From Spirochaetia bacterium (GTDB lineage: Bacteria > Spirochaetota > Spirochaetia > UBA9216): a stretch of 64,000 nucleotides of DNA. The position numbers and the translations under genes are program-made. Shown here one piece after another: positions 9,826 to 20,012 of the stretch. Below the pieces are notes generated by a model. It saw only the letters and a list, made by a program, of their open reading frames with translations, did no database searches and was not told where the DNA came from. Position 1 is the stretch's first letter, and every line of letters begins with the position of its first letter. The stretch spans positions 1,632,001 to 1,696,000 of the forward strand of contig CAXXYH010000003.1 of the NCBI GenBank assembly GCA_963677925.2, written 5' to 3'.

Positions 9826-11024
9826 CCGAGGGTTTCTCCGCTAAAAAGCAGCTCTATATTTTCTTTGTACTCAGCGCCCTGATGTCATTCGCATCAATAT
9901 CCACAGACCTCTATCTTCCGGCTATGCCGACAATGGGCCGTGAACTCTCAGGATTCTTAAGTATTGAATTGACGGTCTCGGGCTTCCTGATAGGTTTCAG
10001 TATCGGCCAGCTTATATGGGGACCTCTGAGTGATCGCTACGGCAGAAAGATCCCGGTGGCAATCGGGATGGTCCTCTATTTTATCGGCTCGGCAGGATGC
10101 GCTCTGTCACAGACAACAGTTCAGATTATCTGCTGGAGAGTCGTTCAGGCTCTTGGAGCCTGTGTAGGACCGGTACTGGCCCGTGCAATGGTCAGCGACC
10201 TATATGAAAGATCAGAAGCAGCAGCAAAGCTATCAATCCTGATAATGATTATGGCAATTGCACCGCTTATCGGACCTCTTCTCGGCGGCCAGATCCTGCT
10301 TTACGGATCATGGAGGTTTATCTTCTGGCTTCTGGCAGCTGTCGGGCTTGTAATGCTTGCATCCCTTTCCGGACTCCCGGAGACGCTTCCACGGACAAAA
10401 AGACTGACCACACCGCTTAGCAGCAGCATGAAGGATTATCTTGAACTTGTCAGAGATCCCCGTATGATGGCTCTGTCCTTTGCAGTATTTTTTTATTACA
10501 TAGGTATGTACGGATATATTACAGGCTCTCCTTTTGTATATATTGAATACTACAATGTGCTTCCGCAGCATTATGGATACCTTTTTGGAATCAATGTAAT
10601 CGGAATAGTACTATGTAATTTCATAAATAACAGAGTAGTAAGAAAACTTGGTGCTGCAAAAATGTTCTATATCGGACTTGCAATTCAGGCTTTCTCCGCT
10701 GCAGCGCTGCTTATTAACAGCCGATCTGGATTCGGAGCTTTGCCCGGACTGGTTATTCCTCTGGCCATATATTTTTCGGTTAACGGATTCATAGTCCCCA
10801 ATGCAATTGCACAGACTCTTGCAATGCATCCGGAAAAAGCCGGAGCCGTATCGGCATTAACCGGGGCTTTGCAGTACGGAGCCGGTATTTTCAGCGGTAT
10901 TCTGGTAAGTTCATTTTTTTCGGGAACGCCCTGGACTATGGGCTGGGTGATAGGCCTTTCCGGTTTTGCAGCACTGATTGCAGGAAACTCTATAAAAATC
11001 AGATCAGGAAAAGGAAATATTTAA
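9807..11024 (+). CDS. Bcr/CflA-family MFS multidrug efflux transporter
   Basis: STDLYLPAMP, GPLSDRYGRK, APLIGPLLGG, LPET motifs. Confidence 0.9.
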   Translation: MAQRTLTEGFSAKKQLYIFFVLSALMSFASISTDLYLPAMPTMGRELSGFLSIELTVSGFLIGFSIGQLIWGPLSDRYGRKIPVAIGMVLYFIGSAGCALSQTTVQIICWRVVQALGACVGPVLARAMVSDLYERSEAAAKLSILIMIMAIAPLIGPLLGGQILLYGSWRFIFWLLAAVGLVMLASLSGLPETLPRTKRLTTPLSSSMKDYLELVRDPRMMALSFAVFFYYIGMYGYITGSPFVYIEYYNVLPQHYGYLFGINVIGIVLCNFINNRVVRKLGAAKMFYIGLAIQAFSAAALLINSRSGFGALPGLVIPLAIYFSVNGFIVPNAIAQTLAMHPEKAGAVSALTGALQYGAGIFSGILVSSFFSGTPWTMGWVIGLSGFAALIAGNSIKIRSGKGNI

Positions 11025-11076
11025 GCATCATTTAAGATTCATATTTTTATAATAGTTAACTTAAAGGAGATAAAAA

Positions 11077-12126
11077 ATGTTTAGAACAAAGTTTAAACAA
11101 ATTTCGGTATTAGTTTTCATCTGTCTTTTACTTGGAACCGGTGTCGTATTACTTTCCAGTGCCGGACAGGCCGAGAAGGGAAAAGAGAATACTGCTGAAG
11201 ACAAAGTACAGCCCGGCAGTATAGAAAGGACTGAGGAAGCACAAAATAAAAATGGTGCACCGGTTGTGTATATGACCAGCGATATCAGCAGCGATGCCCT
11301 TTTAAAGATATATGCAAAGCTTGGACGCGAGCTTCCGGGAAAGGTTGCGGTTAAATTATCTACCGGAGAACCCGGCGGAAACTATTTTCTTAATCCAGAT
11401 CTCATTAAAGCTCTTGTCCATGAGGTAGACGGTACAATCGTTGAATGCAATACCGCCTACGGCGGAGGCAGGGCTTCCACAGCAATGCATAAACAGGTGG
11501 CAATAGATCATGGTTTTGCAGCTATAGCAGAGGTTGATATAATGGATGAAGAAGGTGAAATCAATCTTCCGGTTTCCAAAGGTACAAATATAAGCGAGGA
11601 TATCGTAGGATCACATTTCAGTAATTACGACTCGTTTATGATTCTGTCGCATTTTAAAGGCCATGCGATGGGCGGATTCGGGGGTGCAATCAAAAATATG
11701 TCTATCGGCATTGCTTCTTCCAAAGGCAAAATAAATATCCATACAGCAGGCACTTCAACAGCGAGCTTCCGTGATGCCTTTGCAATAGATCAGGATCTTT
11801 TTCTTGAATCAATGGCTGAAGCAGCAGGCGCTGTAATAGAGGCTGCAGATAACAACATAGTGTACATCAGTGTCATGAATAATCTTTCTGTAGACTGTGA
11901 CTGTTCCAGCAATCCGGCGCCTCCGACAATGGCCGATGTAGGCATCCTTGCATCGCTTGATCCTGTAGCTCTGGATCAGGCCTGTGTAGATCTGGTTTAT
12001 GAAGCCCATGACGGCCATGATCTCATAGAGCGAATGGAATCAAGAAACGGCATTCATACACTCGAACATGCAGCCGAAATAGGAATAGGCTCCAGGGAAT
12101 ACAGTCTGGTATCCATAGACGGATAA
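11077..12126 (+). CDS. DUF362-family Fe-S-associated protein with N-terminal signal segment
   Basis: VAVKLSTGE, VECNTAYGG, SHFKGHAMGGFGGAIKN, DCDC, ASLDPVALDQAC. Confidence 0.8.
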   Translation: MFRTKFKQISVLVFICLLLGTGVVLLSSAGQAEKGKENTAEDKVQPGSIERTEEAQNKNGAPVVYMTSDISSDALLKIYAKLGRELPGKVAVKLSTGEPGGNYFLNPDLIKALVHEVDGTIVECNTAYGGGRASTAMHKQVAIDHGFAAIAEVDIMDEEGEINLPVSKGTNISEDIVGSHFSNYDSFMILSHFKGHAMGGFGGAIKNMSIGIASSKGKINIHTAGTSTASFRDAFAIDQDLFLESMAEAAGAVIEAADNNIVYISVMNNLSVDCDCSSNPAPPTMADVGILASLDPVALDQACVDLVYEAHDGHDLIERMESRNGIHTLEHAAEIGIGSREYSLVSIDG

Positions 12127-12133
12127 TTATTAA

Positions 12134-13039
12134 GTGATACTGGTAATTCTTCAGAGAGAAAGCATTTACATCTGGTACTACCTCAGCCTCCAGCTTCGGC
12201 TGATTGCCCCGTACTGGGGGCTGGGAATTCTGCTCGGTTCTGTAGTTTCTGTTTTCGGAAAAAAAAGAATCAGCCGGCTGTTTCTTTTTCTAAACAGCAG
12301 AAAACTGGGAATTATCGGCATCATTCCCGCCAGCCTGCTCGGAATAGCATCGCCGTTATGTCTTTACGGCACCCTGCCTGTTGCCGCATCGTTTTCAGAA
12401 AAAGGAATGCGGGAAGACTGGCTGGCAGCTTTCATGATGTCTTCAATTCTTCTTAATCCGCAGCTGCTGATGTTCAGTGCCATTCTTGGCAGACAGATGT
12501 TTCTGTATCGCCTTTATTTCAGCTTTACCGGAGGGGTGATCGCAGGCATTCTGATTTATATTTTTTACAGTAAATCAGGTTTCTTTACATTTGAAGAGTT
12601 CGGAGAACGGAAAAGCAAAGATACACACCCGAATCTGCTGTTAAGATTTTTGCTTAATATCTTCAGAAATATAAAGGTAACAGGTCCATATTTTCTTGCC
12701 GGTATAGTACTCACTGCTGTATACCAGCGTTATGTTCCGCAGGACATTATCGGTAATCTTTTCGGCCCGGGAAATAAAGGTTTCGGAGTTCTCTCAGCAG
12801 CAGCCCTCGGGGTTCCTCTCTATGTCTGCGGGGGCGGGACAATTCCCCTGTTACATGACTGGCTGATAAGCGGTATGAGCAAGGGAGCCGGAGTTGCTTT
12901 TATGATTTCAGGCCCTGCAACAAAACTAACCAATCTGAGTGCCTTAAAAAGCGTACTCGGCTTACAAAAGTTTATTCTTTATATTGGATTCATTATTGTA
13001 TATGCAATAATTTCAGGACTCATTGTTAATATAATTTAA
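12134..13039 (+). CDS. predicted permease (ArsP/DUF318 family)
   Basis: ASPLCLYGTLP, ILLNP, GVPLYVCGGGTIP, FMISGPAT; multiple TM. Confidence 0.8.
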   Translation: MILVILQRESIYIWYYLSLQLRLIAPYWGLGILLGSVVSVFGKKRISRLFLFLNSRKLGIIGIIPASLLGIASPLCLYGTLPVAASFSEKGMREDWLAAFMMSSILLNPQLLMFSAILGRQMFLYRLYFSFTGGVIAGILIYIFYSKSGFFTFEEFGERKSKDTHPNLLLRFLLNIFRNIKVTGPYFLAGIVLTAVYQRYVPQDIIGNLFGPGNKGFGVLSAAALGVPLYVCGGGTIPLLHDWLISGMSKGAGVAFMISGPATKLTNLSALKSVLGLQKFILYIGFIIVYAIISGLIVNII

Positions 13040-13053
13040 GAGGGAGAAAAACT

Positions 13054-14202
13054 ATGCAGTACAGAGAATTTGGACAAACAGGAGAGAAGGTTTCATTATT
13101 AGGATTCGGCTGTATGCGGCTTCCGGTCATAAATGGTGTTCATACAGACATTGATTATAATGAGGCAATCAAGATGCTCAGACATGCAGTTGATAAGGGT
13201 GTTAATTATATTGATACAGCCTATCCATATCATGGAACAGGAATGGGCAGCGGCGGAGCCAGCGAACCCTTTGTGGCAAAGGCTTTGAAGGACGGTTACA
13301 GAGAGAAAGTAAACCTTGCCACTAAACTTCCTACCTGGTTGTGCAAATCGAGGGCAGATATGGACAGACTGCTTGATGAACAGCTGCAGAGGCTGGAAAC
13401 AGAGACTATTGACTTCTACCTTATCCATACACTTAACAAGATATTATGGCCTCAGGTTAAAGAATACGTTGGGGACTTCATCAAAGAAGCAAAAAGCAGC
13501 GGAAAAATAAGGTATGCTGGTTTTTCATTTCATGATGATGCAGATACCTTTATTGATGTAGTTGATGCTTATGATTGGGATTTCTGTCAAATCCAGTATA
13601 ACTATCTTGATACTAATTTTCAGGCCGGAAAAAAAGGCCTTGAATATGCTGCCCAAAAAGGTCTCGGCGTTGTAATAATGGAACCTCTGCGTGGCGGAGG
13701 GCTGGCCGGGAATATCCCCGATGACATAATAGATAACTGGAAAAAAATTGATGAACAAAGAACACCTGTTCAATGGGCGCTTCGCTGGGTAATGAACCAC
13801 CCCGAAGTTTCTGTAGTATTAAGCGGAATGACCACGATGGAGCAGGTTGAAGACAACCTTAAAACAACCGAAACCATGATACCTGAATGCCTCACAACGC
13901 CTGAACTTGAATCGATGGAATTCGCAAAATCCTACTTTGAACAGCGGATGAAGATTAACTGCACAGGCTGCAGATACTGTATGCCCTGCCCTTCAGGAGT
14001 GGATATCCCGCAGAACTTTACATTATACAATACCGCCTACCTGTTTGATATGCTTCCTATTTCAAAGGTTAGATACAATGCCATACTACCTGATTCATCA
14101 AAAGCAAGCCGGTGTGTAGAGTGCGGAGCCTGTGAAGAACACTGTCCGCAGAATATTCCCATCATCAGCGAACTCAAAAACGTAGTAAAGGCACTTGCGT
14201 GA
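13054..14202 (+). CDS. aldo/keto reductase with C-terminal 4Fe-4S dicluster
   Basis: GFGCMRLP, NYIDTAYPYH, LATKLP; CTGCRYCMPCP and CVECGACEEHCPQ. Confidence 0.92.
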   Translation: MQYREFGQTGEKVSLLGFGCMRLPVINGVHTDIDYNEAIKMLRHAVDKGVNYIDTAYPYHGTGMGSGGASEPFVAKALKDGYREKVNLATKLPTWLCKSRADMDRLLDEQLQRLETETIDFYLIHTLNKILWPQVKEYVGDFIKEAKSSGKIRYAGFSFHDDADTFIDVVDAYDWDFCQIQYNYLDTNFQAGKKGLEYAAQKGLGVVIMEPLRGGGLAGNIPDDIIDNWKKIDEQRTPVQWALRWVMNHPEVSVVLSGMTTMEQVEDNLKTTETMIPECLTTPELESMEFAKSYFEQRMKINCTGCRYCMPCPSGVDIPQNFTLYNTAYLFDMLPISKVRYNAILPDSSKASRCVECGACEEHCPQNIPIISELKNVVKALA

Positions 14203-14248
14203 ACTCCAAAGCACGTTTGTTCCTGCCGGAATTGCTGGTTGAGAAAGA

Positions 14249-15085
14249 TTAATAATTTCTGACAAGAACCTCTTCAACAGAGCCGCGTTTTGATGCAACC
14301 GAGTTTACCGCCCTTCCGGCTTTGATGATATTAACATCGTAATCAGAGTACAGATCCCTGATGAACGGAGTAGCAGAGTTTGACAGCAAAAATTTCACGC
14401 CGGAATTATTGAGACTGTCGCATACTGATCTAAGACGAATCTGTTCATCCCGGCTAAACCCGGATGTCGTATATGAGGTAAAATTAGCACTTTGTGAAAC
14501 AGGATCATACGGAGGATCAAAATAGACAAAATCACCTGAAGCCGCCTGCTCTACAGCTATTTCAAAATCAGTATTCATAATTTCAATTTCACAGCTGTTA
14601 AGATATGAACTTACAGCTCTAATAACCTTCTCGTTTACAATGTTAGGAGCCTTGTACCGCCCGAATGGTGTATTAAACTGGCCTCTTCTGTTCACCCGGT
14701 ACAGACCGTTGTAGCAGGTTTTGTTTAAATATATAAACCTGGAAGCCCGCTCGACATCGCTGAGCTCTGAAAATTTCCTTGCATCTCGATCGATGCCGCG
14801 CTGGTTATAATAATACTCCTTTTCATTTTTATGCCTTTTCAGATCTTCGATCAGCGAATCCGGCTTAAGTTTGATTGTTCTGTAAAGGTTAACCAGATCA
14901 GGATTTGTATCATTTATCACTGCGGCGTCAGGCTGAAGCTTAAAGAGTACCGCACCGCCCCCGACAAATGGCTCATAGTAGGTTGAGAATGTCACAGGGA
15001 TGTGCTTGATAATTTCTTTGTACAGCTGGCGCTTCCCGCCTACCCATTTAACAAAGGGTGCGGGAGATACCTCAAGTTTTCTCAT
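14249..15085 (-). CDS. dam: Dam-family DNA adenine methyltransferase (orphan)
   Basis: KWVGGK, EPFVGGGAV (motif I), YNGLYRVN..G.FNTPFG, YFDPPY (motif IV); GATC specificity inferred from family. Confidence 0.88.
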   Translation of the reverse strand: MRKLEVSPAPFVKWVGGKRQLYKEIIKHIPVTFSTYYEPFVGGGAVLFKLQPDAAVINDTNPDLVNLYRTIKLKPDSLIEDLKRHKNEKEYYYNQRGIDRDARKFSELSDVERASRFIYLNKTCYNGLYRVNRRGQFNTPFGRYKAPNIVNEKVIRAVSSYLNSCEIEIMNTDFEIAVEQAASGDFVYFDPPYDPVSQSANFTSYTTSGFSRDEQIRLRSVCDSLNNSGVKFLLSNSATPFIRDLYSDYDVNIIKAGRAVNSVASKRGSVEEVLVRNY

Positions 15086-15134
15086 TTATAAATATTCTAT
15101 CTTAAAATAGCTTTTTTTTTAAGCATAAAAGAAT

Positions 15135-15159
15135 CGATCCACCATAACATGGTGGATCG
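15135..15159 (-). terminator. hairpin, likely terminator of the ROK/ABC operon
   Basis: CGATCCACCAT-AAC-ATGGTGGATCG perfect 11-bp stem followed on the minus strand by ATTCTTTT. Confidence 0.6.
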
Positions 15160-15203
15160 TGAAGAAAGATTTTTAAATGACACGTTGCTTTGAATAAAGT
15201 CTG

Positions 15204-16439
15204 TCAATCAGACCCATTACTTAACTTCTCTGTTATCAGGTTATACAAGTTCTCAAGTATAAGTGCATATGCACCTTTAAGATGAATATCATCTCCCAAT
15301 TCGGACATCTCAATCTTTACCTTCTCCGAAATAACCGGATATGCGTGTTTCCTAATATAAAGTTCCATATGTTTGAGCATACTCTTTATCGAAATGCCAT
15401 TAAGATCATTTGTCGATATTATTAATTTCTCGGGACTGAACATATTTATCAAAGAGACAGCACCAATAGCAACTTTTTCAGCATGGAGTTGAATTACATT
15501 TCTGGCTTTCTGCTCACCCTGTTCAGCTTTAATAAAGATTTGACTTAGTCTTTCTATTAGCTCTTCATTGCTCATTTTACTTGAATAGTTTTCATATGAT
15601 TCAATAAGCCGGTTAAACCCGGCAACAGTTTCAAGACACCCGCGATTACCGCAGAAGCATATTTCACCATTGATATCAACAGTAGTATGCCCGACCTCTG
15701 TGGAAACTCCATCATATCCTGAAAAAAGTTCACCATTTATAATAGCCCCGGCACCGATACCAAAACCTATCGAATATAATACAAAATTGCGGACTTCAAG
15801 CCCCTTTCCAAACCAGCTTTCTGCGAGAGTACTAAGATTAGTATTGTTTTCGAGAAATACAGGAATTTGAAAACACTCCTCCAGGAATTCTGCAAGATGG
15901 ACCTTTCCCCAGTTAAAAGGAAGCTCATATTTAGTATCGAATGTAGCAACAGAACGATTGAAAACTGTGCCGCTTTGAGAACTGACAGCTCCAGGGGCCG
16001 CAATACATATAGCAAGTATTTTATTCTTCTCCACGCTGCTTTTCAAAATCAGTGATTCTACAAGCTCTCTGCTGTCTAGAGCAATATTATCGTTACCATA
16101 AAAGGCTATCCCTGTTGGAAGTTTTTCTTTAATAACAATACTACCATCTATATCGAAAACAGCTCCGGTTATTGCAAGCCGGCCCAGATATAATGTAACT
16201 ATATAAAAATTACCTTCACTTAAGAAAAGGCCTTTGTTCCTGCTCGGACTTTTTTTATCTTCTTTTAACACCCGGTTTTCGATAAAATCATTTACGATCT
16301 TTGTTATGGCCGGTTTACTTAAATTAGCCTTTAACGCAAGATCCGCTCTTGTAATACCGGCATGTTGCTTAATGAGTTTCAGAATCAGGTTCCTATTATG
16401 AATTCTGCTGTTATCCTGATTAAGCCCCGAATTAACCAT
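15204..16439 (-). CDS. ROK-family transcriptional regulator (NagC/XylR-like)
   Basis: N-terminal HTH ITRADLA...LSKPAITKIV; GIGAG, EVGH, CFCGNRGCLE. Confidence 0.92.
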   Translation of the reverse strand: MVNSGLNQDNSRIHNRNLILKLIKQHAGITRADLALKANLSKPAITKIVNDFIENRVLKEDKKSPSRNKGLFLSEGNFYIVTLYLGRLAITGAVFDIDGSIVIKEKLPTGIAFYGNDNIALDSRELVESLILKSSVEKNKILAICIAAPGAVSSQSGTVFNRSVATFDTKYELPFNWGKVHLAEFLEECFQIPVFLENNTNLSTLAESWFGKGLEVRNFVLYSIGFGIGAGAIINGELFSGYDGVSTEVGHTTVDINGEICFCGNRGCLETVAGFNRLIESYENYSSKMSNEELIERLSQIFIKAEQGEQKARNVIQLHAEKVAIGAVSLINMFSPEKLIISTNDLNGISIKSMLKHMELYIRKHAYPVISEKVKIEMSELGDDIHLKGAYALILENLYNLITEKLSNGSD

Positions 16440-16441
16440 GT

Positions 16442-17440
16442 TTACTTTTCCTTATGCTTATTCATATCAATCAGAACTGCAATTAGAATTATCATACCTT
16501 TTACTATCTGTTGAAAATAGGCATTCACACCCATAAGATCCATACTATTATTAACAACTCCAATAATTAGAGTCCCAACAACACAAAGAGGGATCGAACC
16601 TATTCCGCCGCTTAAGCTTGTCCCACCGATGACCGTAGAGGCAATTGCATCAAGCTCGTAGCCTATTCCATAGGAAGGGTTTCCCGCAGCGGTTCTTGAA
16701 AGAAGCAGAATCCCTGCAACCCCAGACAGCAGTCCTGCATAAGTATATACTATCACGAGATTCTTTTTAACATTAATTCCACAGAGTCTTGATGCCTGTA
16801 GATTACCGCCAATAGCAAATACATGCCTTCCGAAGGTTGATTTTGAAAGCAATATATAAGAAAACGCAGCAATAATTAAATATACCCATATAGGAACTGG
16901 TATCCCAATGAATGAACCGGTTCCAATTTTGTAAAATAATGGATTTATATGTGCAACAGGACGTCCCGATGTATAAAGCAAAGCACCACCCCTTGCTATA
17001 GTCATCATTCCCAGAGTCGCTATAAAAGCCGGAAGCCGACCATATGCTGTTAGAAATCCATTAATAAACCCCAGTATTGCCCCAATAACCAGTCCAATAG
17101 ATATAGCAACAAAAGGGTTGAGCATCATGCTGACCGGCTGTTCAGCAATAATTTTGGCTTGAGCCAGAGATGCAACTACAACACCTACAAAGGCTACAAC
17201 AGAGCCGGAAGATAGATCTATACCTGTAGTGATGATAATAAATGTAACACCTATAGCAATTACTCCGATGATAGATACCTGCCTAACTACATTCATCAGG
17301 TTTTGAAGCGTAAGAAAAGCCGGTGATACAAAACTCATTATTAAACCGATTCCAAGAAGAATCAGTACTATTCCATTTTTCTTAATAAGGGAGGAAACCC
17401 CAGCTTTATCCAGAGATTTAATACTTTTTAATGTCTTCAT
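16442..17440 (-). CDS. monosaccharide ABC transporter permease (RbsC/MglC-like)
   Basis: GIDLSSGS, FIATLGMM, FGRHVFAIGGN, YELDAIASTVIGGTSLSGG. Confidence 0.92.
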   Translation of the reverse strand: MKTLKSIKSLDKAGVSSLIKKNGIVLILLGIGLIMSFVSPAFLTLQNLMNVVRQVSIIGVIAIGVTFIIITTGIDLSSGSVVAFVGVVVASLAQAKIIAEQPVSMMLNPFVAISIGLVIGAILGFINGFLTAYGRLPAFIATLGMMTIARGGALLYTSGRPVAHINPLFYKIGTGSFIGIPVPIWVYLIIAAFSYILLSKSTFGRHVFAIGGNLQASRLCGINVKKNLVIVYTYAGLLSGVAGILLLSRTAAGNPSYGIGYELDAIASTVIGGTSLSGGIGSIPLCVVGTLIIGVVNNSMDLMGVNAYFQQIVKGMIILIAVLIDMNKHKEK

Positions 17441-18957
17441 AACTCACTCCTGCATGCTGCTGTCTTCTCTCCAGTAGCGTAATTCATAATCATTTCTTGG
17501 GTAGCCTGTTCTTTAGATAATTCACCCGTAATGCAGCCCTCATGCATAACCAGAATACGGTCACTCATGCTAATAATTTCCGGCATTTCAGAGGATATAA
17601 GGATAATAGCTTTTCCTTCCTGTGCCAGTTTTGAGATAAGCATATGAATCTCCGCTTTGGCACCTACATCAATCCCCCGTGTCGGCTCATCAAGAATAAG
17701 AATCTCAGGCTGCATCAAAAGCCACCTCGAAATAAGAACCTTTTGCTGGTTCCCTCCGGAGAGATTTTTGATAAGCTGTTCAAGAGTCGGGGTCTTTATC
17801 CTGAGGGCATCTTTCTGCTCTATACTGCTGGATACAATCTTTCTATCGTCAAGCAGTCCCTTGGTCTTATATGTTTTCAGATCAGGCATAATCATATTGT
17901 CTTTGACACTCATATCCGGGAAGATACCCGAAGCTTTCCTGTCCTCTGTAACAAAACCAATTCTCGCGCGGATAGCCTCAAGAGGACTTTTAAACCTGCA
18001 TTCCTTTCCTTTTAGGATGATACTGCCGCTATCGAACTGTGTCAGTCCGAAAATAGCCTCCATAAGTTCTGTCCTTCCAGCTCCTATCAATCCGGCAAAA
18101 CCCAGAATCTCTCCAGCTCTTAAGTCAAAACTGGCATTATTGAAGTAGTTTTCCCGGCATAAATCTTTCACCGACATTATTACTTCACCCGGAGCAACCG
18201 GCGTCTTTTGAAAGAATTCTTCTATAGTTCGACCGACCATCATATTGATGATATCGGATTTTTTTACATGACTTATTTTTCCGGTTTTAATGCTTTGACC
18301 ATCTCTTAAGACTGTATAGTTATCAGCAATTGCAAACAGTTCATCCAGTTTGTGTGATATGTAAATGACGGTTATTCCCAGATTCTTTTTCAAATTACGA
18401 ATAATATGCAGCAGCTGTAGACTTTCTTTCTCTGTCAGAGCAGAAGTAGGTTCATCCATGATAATTATCTCGGAATTATCAGAGATGGCTGTTGCAATGG
18501 CAATCAGCTGAGCGCTAGCGATACTTAAATTCGACATCGGGAGCCTCGGGTCTATTTCTATACCAAGATCTTTAAGCAGCTCCTCTGCCGCATTGTCTAT
18601 AGCTCTCTGATTAACAAGACTGGGTCCGAACTTAAATTCCTTTCCAAGGTATATATTTGACGCAACACTCAGGTTATTTACCGGGTTAATTTCCTGCGGA
18701 ATCATTGATATACCTTCCGACATCGCCATTCTCGGATTATGGACAGTGTATCTGCTTTTTTTGTGTTCAATAAATCCACCGTCTGGCTGATGAATACCAA
18801 AGAGAATCTTCATCAAGGTAGATTTCCCGGCACCGTTCTCACCTATCAGCGCGTGAACGGTATTTCTTTCAATACTAAAGCAAACATCCTGAAGGGCTGT
18901 TACCCCAGTAAAATACTTAGTCACATTATTGAAAGATAAAATAATATCATTGTTCAT
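17437..18957 (-). CDS. monosaccharide ABC transporter ATP-binding protein (RbsA/MglA-like)
   Basis: GENGAGKST, MDEPT, LSGGNQQK, LDEPTRGIDVGAK; double ABC domain. Confidence 0.95.
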   Translation of the reverse strand: MNNDIILSFNNVTKYFTGVTALQDVCFSIERNTVHALIGENGAGKSTLMKILFGIHQPDGGFIEHKKSRYTVHNPRMAMSEGISMIPQEINPVNNLSVASNIYLGKEFKFGPSLVNQRAIDNAAEELLKDLGIEIDPRLPMSNLSIASAQLIAIATAISDNSEIIIMDEPTSALTEKESLQLLHIIRNLKKNLGITVIYISHKLDELFAIADNYTVLRDGQSIKTGKISHVKKSDIINMMVGRTIEEFFQKTPVAPGEVIMSVKDLCRENYFNNASFDLRAGEILGFAGLIGAGRTELMEAIFGLTQFDSGSIILKGKECRFKSPLEAIRARIGFVTEDRKASGIFPDMSVKDNMIMPDLKTYKTKGLLDDRKIVSSSIEQKDALRIKTPTLEQLIKNLSGGNQQKVLISRWLLMQPEILILDEPTRGIDVGAKAEIHMLISKLAQEGKAIILISSEMPEIISMSDRILVMHEGCITGELSKEQATQEMIMNYATGEKTAACRSEL

Positions 18958-18972
18958 AATAAATCCTTAAAA

Positions 18973-18998
18973 CATCCCTCTCCGTCAGGAGAGGGATG
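18973..18998 (-). other. intercistronic stem-loop after the substrate-binding gene (mRNA stabiliser or partial terminator)
   Basis: CATCCCTCTCC-GTCA-GGAGAGGGATG perfect 11-bp stem. Confidence 0.6.
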
Positions 18999-19005
18999 CT
19001 GACAA

Positions 19006-19971
19006 TCATTTCCACTTGGCTATGTATTCATCTCTCTTTTCCGGAGTTACAAGCTCAAAAGGTATCCAAACCATCTTATCCACATTATCACCTTTGATAA
19101 GTTTATATGCAGTCTCAGCGCTTCCATATCCCTGGCCATATCCGCTCTGATACACAGTAACATCAAGGCCCTGGCCAAGAAATTCCAGAGCATCGGGAGT
19201 AGCATCTATACCGACTATTATTATATCGTCTCGGCCAGCTTGTTGAGCAGCAAAGTAGGCACCTATAGCCATCTCATCATTATTGCAGACGATCGCATTA
19301 AGTTCTTTACTTGTATCAGCCTGAATCCAGTTTTCTGCGATTCGGAGTCCCTGAGCTCTGTCCCACTTGCCTTCTGCTTCTCTGACTACATTTATTCCAG
19401 GATATTTGGCAAAAATGTCTTTGTTACCCTGAGTTCTCATTCTTGCAACTTCAAGTCCGAGATCTCCAATTAATATTCCTACATTTCCTTTTCCGTTTAA
19501 TTCTTCAGCCACCCATTCTGCCTGCATAAGTCCTGCGTCAATTGATTCAGAACCAACATAAGCATCAATATTAGGAAGGTCTTCCTCGTTAGGCAGCAGA
19601 TTAGTGACTATAAGTTTTACTTTGGCTGCCCGGCATTTTTCTATTATCATAGGAAGCGTTGATGGCTCAACGGGTACTATGACAATAGCATCTGCACCTC
19701 TGGTAATTAAAGTTTCAACCTGATTAATCTGCTGGTTTGCATCAGCCTTGCCGTCAGTGAAGGTTATTTCAACATCTGCGGTTGCTTCATCAAACCTTCT
19801 CATACCTTCCTGAATGTAGGTATGAAATTTGTTCGAAAGATCATACATCACACCACCAATCATGTAAGAATCTTTTTCATCAGATTCCTGAGTACCATTG
19901 GACCATGCAACTGTGCTTATCATAAATAGCACTAAAATTCCCAAAATTAAAACACCTGCTCGATTTCTCAT
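19006..19971 (-). CDS. sugar ABC transporter substrate-binding protein (RbsB-like)
   Basis: Signal peptide; QINQVE..I.RGADAIVIVP, WDR..G, CNNDEMAIGA, GIDATPDA. Confidence 0.92.
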   Translation of the reverse strand: MRNRAGVLILGILVLFMISTVAWSNGTQESDEKDSYMIGGVMYDLSNKFHTYIQEGMRRFDEATADVEITFTDGKADANQQINQVETLITRGADAIVIVPVEPSTLPMIIEKCRAAKVKLIVTNLLPNEEDLPNIDAYVGSESIDAGLMQAEWVAEELNGKGNVGILIGDLGLEVARMRTQGNKDIFAKYPGINVVREAEGKWDRAQGLRIAENWIQADTSKELNAIVCNNDEMAIGAYFAAQQAGRDDIIIVGIDATPDALEFLGQGLDVTVYQSGYGQGYGSAETAYKLIKGDNVDKMVWIPFELVTPEKRDEYIAKWK

Positions 19972-20012
19972 AGATATCTCCTTGTTTATTTTATCCGGTA
20001 TACTTACCGGAA

